From a virus (Duplodnaviria; Caudoviricetes): a stretch of DNA of 64,000 nucleotides. This document shows positions 54,561-64,000 of this stretch, piece after piece. Made by a program: the position numbers and the translations under genes. The notes below the pieces were generated by a model. The model saw only the letters and a program-made list of their open reading frames with translations. It was not told the DNA's origin and made no database searches. Location: IMG/VR virus record IMGVR_UViG_643348562_000001, positions 1 to 64,000 of that record. One strand, written 5' to 3'. Within the stretch, counting starts at the first letter, position 1, and the number at the start of each line of letters is the position of its first letter.

Positions 54561-54965
54561 ATGACTTATACGACCAACCAAATTGTAAGAATGATTAAAG
54601 ATTATCAGATGAATGTGAAGGTAGTAGCTAAACTTAGAAAGGAATACATTGAGGATGTATGTGGAGCGAATATTTCACAGTACGGAATTGAAGCCACGAT
54701 GCCTAAACCACAAGGACAGACATCTGATCCAATACTTAGAGAAGTGCAAAGATTAATGAAACAAGATACAGTAATTGCTAAGTATGAAGCGAAAGTGAGA
54801 TACATTCAAAACCGTTGGGACAGAATAACGGATGAGAAACAAGCGATGATATTCAATATGGTATTGTCAGGTGTAGGGTATGACAAGATTGCAAAGACTG
54901 TTGAACTATCAGCTCAAAGAATACATCAAATCATAAATGAAATTGCAGAAATATTAAAAGATTGA
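54561..54965 (+). CDS. Late transcription activator (ArpU/sigma-r4-like)
   Basis: ISQYGIEATMPK..SDP; C-terminal HTH IAKTVELSAQRIHQI. Confidence 0.75.
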   Translation: MTYTTNQIVRMIKDYQMNVKVVAKLRKEYIEDVCGANISQYGIEATMPKPQGQTSDPILREVQRLMKQDTVIAKYEAKVRYIQNRWDRITDEKQAMIFNMVLSGVGYDKIAKTVELSAQRIHQIINEIAEILKD

Positions 54966-54970
54966 TATTT

Positions 54971-54999
54971 TCCCTCTAGTGAAAGCTAGGGGGATTTTG
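54971..54999 (+). terminator. Hairpin after activator
   Basis: TCCCTCTAG-tgaaag-CTAGGGGGA then TTTT. Confidence 0.6.
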
Positions 55000-55031
55000 T
55001 ATGATTAGAAGAAAAGGGAGAGTAGGATAAT

Positions 55032-55904
55032 ATGACGGATAAAGAAAAATATGGATTAAAATTAATTTCTATTGTATTTTTATCAATTTTGGTGATTTTT
55101 TTAATAAGTATATGTGTTTGGATAGATATTGGTAATAAAAATAAAGATTCAGTAACTATTGTTTTTCTGACCGGCCTAAATGTAGTAATAATGTCGATTC
55201 TGACATATTTACTTTTGGAAACTTCTAAAAAAAGTAATGAGACAAATGAACTCTTAGTAAAGCATACTATACATGTTCATAGTGCAAGTGTTATAGACAA
55301 GAATGTTATTTTAATAACTAAGTTAGATAATTATTTAAGAAGTGCCAAGGTTATTAAACAGATGGTAATTAATAAATTAAGCACACCAAAAAAACATAAG
55401 ATATTGAAAGAGATAAAATCAAAACGACGTAGAAATGGAGAAGATATAATTGTTTTCAATAATAACGAATTGAATCGCATTTGTAAAATCAAAGATTTGG
55501 AAGTTTTTTTGTACTACAATTGTTTCCCTGTTGACGAACCTGGTTTATCAATAGAAAATCTATTTTTCGACAGTATTTTTAATACAACTAAATCGCATTA
55601 TAGGATAGTAGATGCTAGAGAGAATTGGAACTTCCTTCTAAATCTTCGAAACGAACAAGATTTACTTTTGGAAAGACTTTATTCTAATCATATTCAAGAT
55701 TTTTTAAACTTATCGAAAAAGTTTGTTGAGGAAGCACTAAATGCCACGGATGATAATGTAAATTTAATTTATACTGAGATCGAAAGTAGACACGCAGACT
55801 CAGTATTTGAACTCATGAATAATATTATATATAGTTTAGAGGAAATGATAAAAAATCTTTATGAAGTTAATGATAATCATAGTAAGAGATTATATTTTGA
55901 TTAA
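55032..55904 (+). CDS. 290-aa AT-rich moron with two N-terminal TM helices
   Basis: Hydrophobic residues 9-31 and 41-62; no recognisable family. Confidence 0.75.
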   Translation: MTDKEKYGLKLISIVFLSILVIFLISICVWIDIGNKNKDSVTIVFLTGLNVVIMSILTYLLLETSKKSNETNELLVKHTIHVHSASVIDKNVILITKLDNYLRSAKVIKQMVINKLSTPKKHKILKEIKSKRRRNGEDIIVFNNNELNRICKIKDLEVFLYYNCFPVDEPGLSIENLFFDSIFNTTKSHYRIVDARENWNFLLNLRNEQDLLLERLYSNHIQDFLNLSKKFVEEALNATDDNVNLIYTEIESRHADSVFELMNNIIYSLEEMIKNLYEVNDNHSKRLYFD

Positions 55905-55956
55905 TTTACATATTTACAAAACTTACAAATTTACATATCGTGACATAACCTATAAT
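55905..55956 (+). promoter_or_regulatory. Putative late promoter with activator repeats
   Basis: TTACA x4 (55906, 55914, 55923, 55931), TGACA 55941, TATAAT 55951. Confidence 0.65.
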
Positions 55957-56184
55957 CCTAATTTAAAATGGGAGGTAGGTCGGAGCGTAGTACACTACAA
56001 TCATTCAAAAACTTGTTTTTGTACCTCGCACTGCATGAACCTAACGGTTCTTCGTTTACTTTGCCATGAGTAATCTCCTTTCAAAGAATATGTATGGAAA
56101 CCATCTAGTAATTTCTAGGTGGTTTTTGTATTATTAAACTGTACATGTAAATGTGCCAATTAATTACAAAGGGAGAAGATAGGA

Positions 56185-56388
56185 ATGAACTTACACAGAA
56201 TTAATTTTTCAGAAGAGAATTATATCAATACTGACGATAACGGTTATGCTGAAGTAATGGATGGTTTAGCGAATAACCAAAAATTTGCAGAAATCACTTG
56301 TTTTAAAAATAACAGTACTGAAGTTGGAGTTGTAGTGATTTTAGATAAGATTACTTATATTGAAATGAATGCTTTTACTTTAGATTAA
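56185..56388 (+). CDS. 67-aa moron between two hairpins
   Basis: Hairpins at 56098-56128 and 56395-56421. Confidence 0.65.
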   Translation: MNLHRINFSEENYINTDDNGYAEVMDGLANNQKFAEITCFKNNSTEVGVVVILDKITYIEMNAFTLD

Positions 56389-56500
56389 AAATTCAACACT
56401 CACTCTGGTGGGTGTTTTTTAATGCAATAAAATAAATAGAGTTTAGTAACGTAAAGGTTGTGAGATATGAGATGAACGAGATTGAAGTTGTTGATGATGC

Positions 56501-57214
56501 ATGAGTACAAATTGGGACGCAGTAAAAGAAGACTATGACACAGGACAGTATACACAGAAACAATTAGCAGAAAAACATAAAATTAAGTTAGGTACATTGA
56601 AGTCGAAAATAAGTAGAGAAAAGTGGAAAAAGGTTGCAACCAAGAAAAAGGATGCAACTAATAAAGTTGCAAAAAAGAAGCATCCACAAGATACAACAGA
56701 TATAAGAAGAAAGAGTGGTAATCCTAATCCACCTAATCAATTCGCAGAACGGAACAACTTTGCTGTGAAGCATGGATTACTGAGTAGGTACATTCCTAAA
56801 GAGACGATGGAGCTTATGGGCATAGCTGATTCGATGGATGCATCAGATATTATATGGGCTCAGATACAAATACAGTTTGCGGCAATAATAAGAGCACAAA
56901 AAGTAATGTGGGTAGAAGATGCTAACGATCATACGAGTGGAACAACTGGTGTAAGCATGGATGGTGAATCTATGAAAGTTGCATTCGCTTATGAAAAGTA
57001 TGCATCTTTTTTAAGTGCACAATCACGAGCAATGGCTGAACTAAGGAGTGCATTGAAACAATTCTCATTACATGCAGCAGATGATGATTATCGTAAGTTG
57101 CAAGTTGCAGTTATGCAGGAACAATTAACGCAGATTAAGCAACAGAATGAGAATGGAGCACAATCTGATAAACCATTAGAAATCTTAATCACAAGAAAAG
57201 AGGGACGAGAATGA
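56501..57214 (+). CDS. terS: Terminase small subunit
   Basis: N-terminal [18 protein letters not shown]; NNFAVKHGL; [10 protein letters not shown]. Confidence 0.88.
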   Translation: MSTNWDAVKEDYDTGQYTQKQLAEKHKIKLGTLKSKISREKWKKVATKKKDATNKVAKKKHPQDTTDIRRKSGNPNPPNQFAERNNFAVKHGLLSRYIPKETMELMGIADSMDASDIIWAQIQIQFAAIIRAQKVMWVEDANDHTSGTTGVSMDGESMKVAFAYEKYASFLSAQSRAMAELRSALKQFSLHAADDDYRKLQVAVMQEQLTQIKQQNENGAQSDKPLEILITRKEGRE

Positions 57215-58503
57215 CAGAAGCTGTTCAGTTGAATAAAGAAGTTAATCCTCGCTTTGAAGAATTCTTGTTTGATTGGAATCAGAAGTTTCAATTTCTTGTC
57301 GGTGGTTATGGCAGCAGTAAATCATATCACGTTGCATTAAAGATCATTCTTAAGTTGATATCTGAGAAGCGGAAAGCGTTAGTTGTTCGTGAAGTATTTG
57401 AGACTATTAGAGATTCATGTTTCTCGCTCTTTGAAGAGATAATCTATGACTTAGAACTGAATACAAAAGGTGTAAGGCTTACTACAAGTCCTATGAAGAT
57501 AACATTTCCGAATGGAAGTCAGATTATTTTCAAAGGAATGGATAAGCCAGGTAAATTAAAATCGATCAATGACATCTCGCTAATTTGGTTAGAAGAGTGT
57601 TCAGAGATAAAGTATGCAGGATTTAAAGAGTTAATTGGTCGTTTAAGACACCCACGATTAAGAAACTACATGATATTGTCTACAAATCCAGTGAGTAAAA
57701 GTAATTGGACATATCTTCATTTCTTTATCAACAAAGATGCGAAAGTCATAAAGTTAGATGATTACCGTTTATACAAAGAAAAGACAATCGTTTTAGGGGA
57801 CACGTACTATCATCATTCAACAGCTGATGATAACTACTTTTTACCTGATGATTATATTGCACAGCTTGATGACATGAAGAACTATGATATTGATCTGCAT
57901 CGAGTTGCTAGACTAGGACAATTCGGAGCAAATGGTAAGAAGGTATTACCTCAATTCGAAGTCATGGCGCATGATGAAGTAATGAAAGTAGTAAACAGAA
58001 CGAGTGCAAGATTATTAAAGAATGGTCTCGACTTTGGTTTTGTTACTTCATTCAACGCATTATCACGAATGGCCATAGATGAAAAGAATATGTGGTTATA
58101 CATTTATGATGAAGTCTATACGAAAGAGCAAGATGATGAAGAACTGTACCAGGAGCTAGCTTATCTAGGCAGAACGCTTATAAAAGCTGACCACGAGGAC
58201 AGTACAATCAAATATCTAAACAAAAAAGGTATGAATCTAAGAAAAGCTAAGAAGTATGCCGGTTCACGTGCCGAATACACAAAGAAGGTGAAACGGTTCA
58301 AACGTATTATATGTTCAGATAAATGTGTAAATCATATCGATGAGCTACAAGATTTAACATATAAGACTAACAATAACGATGAAATCATTGAGGATCAGTT
58401 CAATATTGACCCGCATACATTCTCGGCTATGTGGTACGGACTTGATGATTATGATGTAGCAGTTCCTAAAGGCGACTACATTAGACAACAAAGTGCATGG
58501 TAA
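57211..58503 (+). CDS. terL: Terminase large subunit, PBSX family
   Basis: [36 protein letters not shown]. Confidence 0.95.
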   Translation: MTEAVQLNKEVNPRFEEFLFDWNQKFQFLVGGYGSSKSYHVALKIILKLISEKRKALVVREVFETIRDSCFSLFEEIIYDLELNTKGVRLTTSPMKITFPNGSQIIFKGMDKPGKLKSINDISLIWLEECSEIKYAGFKELIGRLRHPRLRNYMILSTNPVSKSNWTYLHFFINKDAKVIKLDDYRLYKEKTIVLGDTYYHHSTADDNYFLPDDYIAQLDDMKNYDIDLHRVARLGQFGANGKKVLPQFEVMAHDEVMKVVNRTSARLLKNGLDFGFVTSFNALSRMAIDEKNMWLYIYDEVYTKEQDDEELYQELAYLGRTLIKADHEDSTIKYLNKKGMNLRKAKKYAGSRAEYTKKVKRFKRIICSDKCVNHIDELQDLTYKTNNNDEIIEDQFNIDPHTFSAMWYGLDDYDVAVPKGDYIRQQSAW

Positions 58504-58515
58504 AGGAGGGCGAAA

Positions 58516-60135
58516 ATGAACGAGTGGAAGAAGTTTGATAAAGACTTTATAAAGAAAAAGCATGATGACATGTATTTCTATCGTGATTTGTATGATGGTA
58601 AACATGCAAATATCTTTCCTAGAGCTAAAGAGTTAATCAGTAAAGGCGAGATAATTGATATTCTGCAATACGGAGAGTACAACGCCAAGAATGTAATGAC
58701 ACCATACTTGATGTTGAATATATGTAAAATTATCGTTGATACACCTTCGCTGTTAATCAGTCGTGGCATTGGTAAGGTTAAGACTAACTTCCCGAATAAG
58801 GAAGAGTTAGCAAATGATACAACGACTGAAGAAGCGAAAATGATTGAGGGAACAGTTGATAATTCATTCAACAGTGAAGTCATCGACTTGCAGCAAGAGA
58901 CGATAGACCAGATTGTTAAGAACTCAAAGATTGATCACAAGATGAACATCACTCAATTATTAGTTGATGGTGGTATCGTAGCTGTACCTTCTATGATTAA
59001 TGGACAGTTAAAGCTGATGTTCAAGGAGCGTAATGTTTATTATCCTCATGATGATGGTCATGGATATGATTTAGTATATGAGTTACCTCAGACTGAAGAA
59101 GAGAAAGAAGCGGGTATTGATTACGTCCATATTTATACTGAACGTGAAGATGAGGACAGACTTCTTATACTTCATAAGTTATTCAGAAGAAATGGTGAAT
59201 CTCAACTTGAAGAAGTTGAAGATTTATCTTTCATTCAAGATAAAATAGGTATCGAACAGTTATATCAAGAGTTTGAAGGTCGTAAACGTTCGTTTATAGC
59301 TTATCTTGCGAATAATGCAACGTTCTATAATAAGCTAGGTTCATCTGAACTTAAAGGACTTGCAGGACGACAAGACGAAGTGAACTGGACCTTAACAAGA
59401 GCATCACAGACATTTGAGCGCAATGGTAAGCCACGTATCAGTATTACAAGTGAAACAATGGATACATTAAGAAGAATTGCAGCTGATAGATATGGTGATG
59501 AAAACAAGATTGATCATAGAGATTTAGAGATTCAAGAAATCGGTGAAAATGGTCAAGTCATGCAGATACATCAGATTGACGTCGATAAAATAGGTGATAT
59601 GGCTTATCTTAAAGACATTATCAGAGGGATGTTAGCAGAAACGCAGACATCACAAGCAGCAATGGAATTTGTAAGGACAGACACTGCAAGTCCTCAGTCT
59701 GGTGTAGCAAAATTCTATGACTTACTTGTATCTTTGATGAAAGCAGAACAAATTAGAAATGATTATGTTGAATTCCTTAAAACTTTATTCGAGAGTGCCT
59801 TATGGTTAGCGAATAAAGAGAATGACAGTATCATCATTGAAGAGCCTAACATCACAGTACAAGCGATGATTCCGGTGCCAGAAAAAGAAATCACTGATGC
59901 GAATATTGCGAAGTACAATGCTAAAGTTCAGTCGCTTGAAGAGACAGTGAGATTGAACAACCCTGATAAGACAGATGAATGGGTTTATGAAGAGGTTGAA
60001 CGTATCAAATCAGAATCGACATCACAAGACAGTATGAGTGTTCTAAATGGCAATAATACATTGAATAACTTTTTAAACAACAGGCAACCTGATGGAACGC
60101 CACTCGATGAACTAGGAAATCCAATCAAGGAGTGA
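58516..60135 (+). CDS. Portal protein
   Basis: Size and position; YLMLNICKIIVD, QSGVAKFYD. Confidence 0.85.
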   Translation: MNEWKKFDKDFIKKKHDDMYFYRDLYDGKHANIFPRAKELISKGEIIDILQYGEYNAKNVMTPYLMLNICKIIVDTPSLLISRGIGKVKTNFPNKEELANDTTTEEAKMIEGTVDNSFNSEVIDLQQETIDQIVKNSKIDHKMNITQLLVDGGIVAVPSMINGQLKLMFKERNVYYPHDDGHGYDLVYELPQTEEEKEAGIDYVHIYTEREDEDRLLILHKLFRRNGESQLEEVEDLSFIQDKIGIEQLYQEFEGRKRSFIAYLANNATFYNKLGSSELKGLAGRQDEVNWTLTRASQTFERNGKPRISITSETMDTLRRIAADRYGDENKIDHRDLEIQEIGENGQVMQIHQIDVDKIGDMAYLKDIIRGMLAETQTSQAAMEFVRTDTASPQSGVAKFYDLLVSLMKAEQIRNDYVEFLKTLFESALWLANKENDSIIIEEPNITVQAMIPVPEKEITDANIAKYNAKVQSLEETVRLNNPDKTDEWVYEEVERIKSESTSQDSMSVLNGNNTLNNFLNNRQPDGTPLDELGNPIKE

Positions 60136-60139
60136 TTAG

Positions 60140-61228
60140 ATGAACGCTGAACAATTAACATTGCTGATTGATGAATTGAAGAAGCACATTGTATCGCTTC
60201 TGCATATTACCGATCATTTAAAAGATAGTGATGTACAAAAGACATTACTGACAATCAATAAAATATTTGATGAACTAGGACTTGCTGTTCAAGAGGTATT
60301 ACCTGTTGAATTAGCGAAGTCCTATTTTATTGCGATAGATGAAGCTACAGAAGATTTACAAGAGCAAGGCATACAGTTGAATGGTCGAGCAATTGTCGAT
60401 GGTGTAGTGCAGGCAGACTTTAAGACACAAGCAAACGTTGAAGCGCTATCCAATATCGTTACTGACACGATGCTAGACATGCAAGCAGCAATTAGAACCG
60501 CTAAAGAAAACTTTAATAATAGTTATATGCAGACATTAGAAGCAGTCAGAAGTGATATAAGCAAAGGGATCTTAGATGGTAACAATCGTGAAGCAATCAT
60601 AAAGCGAGTATCAGATACATTCTTACAAGATGGATTTACTTCGTTTAAGACTGTAGATGGTAAGCAGTTACCTTTGGACTTCTACTCACGTACAGTGGTT
60701 AGAACAAAGATGAGGGCAGCAACGAATCATGGTCATCTAATTAGATATGAAGAAGCGGGTGTCAATCTCGTAACGATAACTGGAAGAGAGCCTACCTGTG
60801 GTATATGTGCTAGGTATCGTAACCACGTCTTCAGTATTGACGGAAAAGATAAACGATTCCCACATATCGATGTATACGGACTATTTCCATTGCATCCGAA
60901 TTGCGAATGCCGTATCAGACCATTTGTAATTGAATATAAAAGTCAGTCTGAGATCAATAAAGCTATTGTTAAAGCAAAGTCATTTAATCCTGATATTGAT
61001 CCAAGAGCACAAAAACAAAAAGATGCATACAAGCAAGACCAGGATAAGAAACGTATCGCAAGACAAGAAGATAAGCATTACATAAAGATGAAAGCGATAT
61101 TAGGAGATAAAGCGCCAAAGAATATTGGTGCATATCGAAATATCAAGCGTAATAATCCAATTAAGTTTGAAGAACTTAAGAAGATGATGAGGGGTGAACC
61201 TTATGAAGTTAAGGATAGGGCATATTGA
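60140..61228 (+). CDS. Minor capsid protein (MuF-related)
   Basis: DGKQLPLDFYSRTVVRT..CGICARY..LFPLHPNCEC. Confidence 0.88.
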   Translation: MNAEQLTLLIDELKKHIVSLLHITDHLKDSDVQKTLLTINKIFDELGLAVQEVLPVELAKSYFIAIDEATEDLQEQGIQLNGRAIVDGVVQADFKTQANVEALSNIVTDTMLDMQAAIRTAKENFNNSYMQTLEAVRSDISKGILDGNNREAIIKRVSDTFLQDGFTSFKTVDGKQLPLDFYSRTVVRTKMRAATNHGHLIRYEEAGVNLVTITGREPTCGICARYRNHVFSIDGKDKRFPHIDVYGLFPLHPNCECRIRPFVIEYKSQSEINKAIVKAKSFNPDIDPRAQKQKDAYKQDQDKKRIARQEDKHYIKMKAILGDKAPKNIGAYRNIKRNNPIKFEELKKMMRGEPYEVKDRAY

Positions 61229-61514
61229 TTATGAAGTAATAGAACAAAAGAAACCTAAGAATGATGATGGAACTGTCTGTGTAGGCATAATTGATTATTT
61301 TGACCATGAAATATTATTAATGAAATCACTTAGTGCTGAGCATAAAAGAAAAACTCTTGCACATGAGATTACACATGGATTATTACATGAATCAGGATTC
61401 GAAACTGATGAAGGAATTCATTCTGAAGACACAGTCAATCGCATAGGGTTAACTCTGCATGGATTTTTAAAGGATAATATCGAAGCTTTATATGAATTAT
61501 ATAAACCTCTCTAG
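61203..61514 (+). CDS. Small HExxH metallopeptidase-like protein
   Basis: LRIGHIDYEV..GIIDY..KTLAHEITHGLL. Confidence 0.75.
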   Translation: MKLRIGHIDYEVIEQKKPKNDDGTVCVGIIDYFDHEILLMKSLSAEHKRKTLAHEITHGLLHESGFETDEGIHSEDTVNRIGLTLHGFLKDNIEALYELYKPL

Positions 61515-61530
61515 AGCGAGAGGTTATCGA

Positions 61531-61680
61531 TTATTTTTTCTTTTTTGTTGTTTTTCTTGCTTGAGCTAGTACACTTCCTGCTAAAGAACGTGCTGACTTT
61601 GTACTTTTATTAGATTTCAACACTTTGCTTGCAAGTTTAGCCATTTTACTTGAAGATTGTTTGTTATTCTTTTTACCCAT
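61531..61680 (-). CDS. 49-aa basic protein (MGKKNNKQSSSKMAKLASKVLKS..SLAGSVLAQARK..)
   Basis: GAGGTG RBS; matches a small phage protein pattern AS..L......KS.AGS.L.Q; not in ORF track. Confidence 0.7.
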   Translation of the reverse strand: MGKKNNKQSSSKMAKLASKVLKSNKSTKSARSLAGSVLAQARKTTKKKK

Positions 61681-61769
61681 TTAAACACCTCGCTTTCTTA
61701 TAAAGATAGTATCACGAAAATTTATAAATCACACTTTTATTAAAAAAAGTAAATATATTAAGTAACAAT

Positions 61770-62010
61770 CGTCCTAGACATGACGTTAAAAGGTCTCTTT
61801 ATTATGGATGGCTTTAAAACTCACGTCCAGAAAGGAATAGTGATCACTTAAGTATCTCATGATGGTGGTATTCCATCAGGTCTTGTGAGTGACATCATAC
61901 TCACGTGTCCAGCTTATCGACGCTATAACTGTAAGTGTCGTTCGCTTGTACGTCAACAAGCTAGTCAATCGCTGACTTTACAGCGTAATAAAATGTAGAC
62001 GAAAAGAGGA
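61770..62010 (+). promoter_or_regulatory. Structured RNA leader upstream of scaffold gene
   Basis: Five or more hairpins (e.g. GATGG/CCATC, GTGAGT/ACTCAC, GCTTGT/ACAAGC, AGTCA/TGACT) and two GTCC..GAC-NN-TAWAA units. Confidence 0.6.
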
Positions 62011-62018
62011 GAATTAAT

Positions 62019-62624
62019 ATGGAACGTAAAGATTTAACGGAATTAGGTATTGAAGCAGAAGCAGTTGATAAAATCATGGAAATGTACGGTAAAGATGTCA
62101 ATCCAATTAAGCAAGAAAATGAATCATTGAAAGCAGAAGTGAAATCTTTTAAAGAGCAAGTAGCTGATCGTGATAACCAACTTGATGAAATTAAAACTAA
62201 AGTTGGTGATGCTGAAGCTTTAAACGCAACGATTGATTCATTGAAACAAGCTAATAAGGATAAGGATGAAGCACATCAGAATTTAGTGAATCAAGTGAAA
62301 TTGGATTATGAAATTAAATTAGCATTAAACGAAGCCGGTGCAAAAAATGAAAGAGCAGTTAAAGCTTTAATAGACTTAGACACTGTAAAAATCAATGAAG
62401 ACGGGCAGTTAATCGGTCTAAACGAGCAACTAACTAATCTGAAATCAACTGACGACTATTTATTTAATGGTCCAATCAATCCCGAAAACAAAGATATTAA
62501 TAACAATCCGGAAAAGCCACCTAACAACCTTAATCCCGGAGGGCTACAAGGAAATGGTGGTAAAGACCCAGACTTATCTGAAGTCGGAAAAGCACATGCA
62601 AAACGATTATTTAATAAAGAATAA
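62019..62624 (+). CDS. Capsid scaffold (Phage GP20 family)
   Basis: DLTELG..DKIMEMYGKD..GAKNERAVKALIDL..LKSTDDYLF. Confidence 0.9.
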   Translation: MERKDLTELGIEAEAVDKIMEMYGKDVNPIKQENESLKAEVKSFKEQVADRDNQLDEIKTKVGDAEALNATIDSLKQANKDKDEAHQNLVNQVKLDYEIKLALNEAGAKNERAVKALIDLDTVKINEDGQLIGLNEQLTNLKSTDDYLFNGPINPENKDINNNPEKPPNNLNPGGLQGNGGKDPDLSEVGKAHAKRLFNKE

Positions 62625-62637
62625 GGAGGAAAATTAA

Positions 62638-63012
62638 ATGAATTTAAAACCAAAAGTGAGCGCTCAATATAATAATGCTCCTACAGCATTCCGCGATTTT
62701 AAAGCAGTAGAATGGAAAGTGGGTAACGCGGTATTAGACGCTTCTAAACTTAAAAAAGGCCAAGTGATTAAACCTTTTACTGCTATTTTCTTAAATGAAT
62801 CTACTGGTTTATTTGAATTAGTGGCAAGCGATACACCAGCAACAATGAAAGGTGCATTAATTACAGGTTCAGAAGAAGTAGTTATCGAAGATACTACTAC
62901 AAATGAATTAGTATCAGCTATCCGTAAAGCATCTCTTATTGAAGAGCGTTGCACAGGTGTAACTGCAAACTTTAAAACAGCAACTCAAGGAAGATTAACG
63001 TTTGACGTTTAA
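62638..63012 (+). CDS. Head decoration protein
   Basis: Between scaffold and capsid; GQVIKPFTAI. Confidence 0.7.
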   Translation: MNLKPKVSAQYNNAPTAFRDFKAVEWKVGNAVLDASKLKKGQVIKPFTAIFLNESTGLFELVASDTPATMKGALITGSEEVVIEDTTTNELVSAIRKASLIEERCTGVTANFKTATQGRLTFDV

Positions 63013-63038
63013 TCAATATAAAACTAGGAGGGAATTAA

Positions 63039-64000
63039 ATGGTATTAGAGATTAAAGAATTTGAACAACCGGCATTACAAGCATTTATCGCTGAAGCGCC
63101 GATTACTAAAGAACATAGACTTGCTAAATGTTATCCTGTTGAGCAAGTTGATGAGATTTCAAGCGTATACGACTTAGTGACAAATCAAAAGATTGTTGCA
63201 GGTTCTATCGTTGGATTTAATGCAGGTACACCTGTAAGAACTAAAGGAGAAGCGAAACAAGCAGTAGCGAAATTAACTAAAATCGCTCACGCATATCACT
63301 TAGATGAAGAAGATATGTTTAAGTTCCGCAATCCACGTAATGACGAAGAGCGTCAGCGCATTATCGATCGTACATTACTAAGCACAGCTGAATTATCTGA
63401 AGGTATTGAAGATACTAAAGAATTGATTCGTGCTGAATTAACATATCGTGGGCGTTTCAACTATGAAGATAAACGTGACAACGTTAAGATTCAGTTTGAA
63501 TTAGAACGTCCTGATGGAAATGACATGACTGCCACTACAAAATGGGCTGACACTGCTAACTCTACACCATTATCTGATATTGAAGCGGCAATCGCTCAAT
63601 TCAAGTTAACAAATGGCAACAAAGCTCCAGATTATATCGTTATGACTGAAGCTACTTATGCATTATTCAAACGTTCTAAACAAGTTAAAGACGAATTATA
63701 TCGTGATGGATTACAACCTCGTATCATCAAAGATGGTGAAATCGCTGACTTATTCGAGTCAAACGGTTATCCAACTTTAGAAATCGAAAAAGGTTTCACT
63801 ACTTTAGAAAATGCTGACGGTACAACTTATGATGTTGCACACTTAGAAGACAACAAATTTGTTTTACATGCTGCGATTATGGGTGCTACGTTAAGTGGTC
63901 CTGCTGCTGAAAACAACTTCGCTAAAGGTAAGTTTGCTTATCGAGTAATTTCTCAAGATCCAATCGGAGAAAAAACAATCGTTGGTGAAGTAACATTACC
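63039..64000 (+). CDS. Major capsid protein (lambda E-like family), truncated by window end
   Basis: AGGAGGG RBS, open frame MVLEIKEFEQPALQAFI.. to 64000; KWAD..STPLSDI; not in ORF track. Confidence 0.88.
   Translation, partial: MVLEIKEFEQPALQAFIAEAPITKEHRLAKCYPVEQVDEISSVYDLVTNQKIVAGSIVGFNAGTPVRTKGEAKQAVAKLTKIAHAYHLDEEDMFKFRNPRNDEERQRIIDRTLLSTAELSEGIEDTKELIRAELTYRGRFNYEDKRDNVKIQFELERPDGNDMTATTKWADTANSTPLSDIEAAIAQFKLTNGNKAPDYIVMTEATYALFKRSKQVKDELYRDGLQPRIIKDGEIADLFESNGYPTLEIEKGFTTLENADGTTYDVAHLEDNKFVLHAAIMGATLSGPAAENNFAKGKFAYRVISQDPIGEKTIVGEVTL

Larger units (their letters stand above)
34774..64000. mobile_element. Prophage 2 (temperate; truncated by window end)
   Basis: Integrase-immA-morons-repressor/cro-recombination-replication-terminase-portal-scaffold-capsid. 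Confidence 0.95.

Noticed and set aside
1-64000. tRNA or rRNA genes
   Set aside because: No cloverleaf with a T-loop GTTC(G/A)A in intergenic context found by eye; tRNAscan-SE would be decisive.
1-64000. Known toxin, virulence or antibiotic-resistance cargo; IS elements; introns
   Set aside because: No recognisable superantigen, leukocidin, resistance, transposase or maturase motifs; split genes are explained by single-base changes, not insertions.

Overview
The window holds two different temperate siphovirus-type prophages in tandem, in a low-GC Firmicute (Staphylococcaceae-like by gene content and by the GlnA tail; the genus is inference only). Prophage 1 (P1, 1 to ~34.77 kb; its integrase lies off the left edge) runs from lysogeny through replication, SPP1-like head and long non-contractile tail to holin/amidase. 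Prophage 2 (P2, ~34.77 kb to the end) runs from a tyrosine integrase through lysogeny, RecT/YqaJ recombination, DnaD/DnaC-type replication and packaging, and is cut off inside the major capsid gene. The junction carries a duplicated 3' end of glnA, so both phages probably use the glnA 3' end as attB. I saw no rRNA, tRNA or CRISPR array. Six genes are broken, almost always by one extra base in a short run, which looks more like read error than biology. The most unusual signals are non-coding: two self-contained structured RNA candidates (3.5-3.9 kb, minus strand; 34.4-34.6 kb), a regularly spaced GACCA-loop hairpin array after P2 cro, an iteron/AT-rich origin with no visible cognate initiator, an array of small genes joined by identical spacers, and several cargo slots bounded by conserved or duplicated terminator hairpins (cargo includes a Cas2/VapD-like gene and a HEPN gene). 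All family assignments are from motif recognition by eye; no searches were run.
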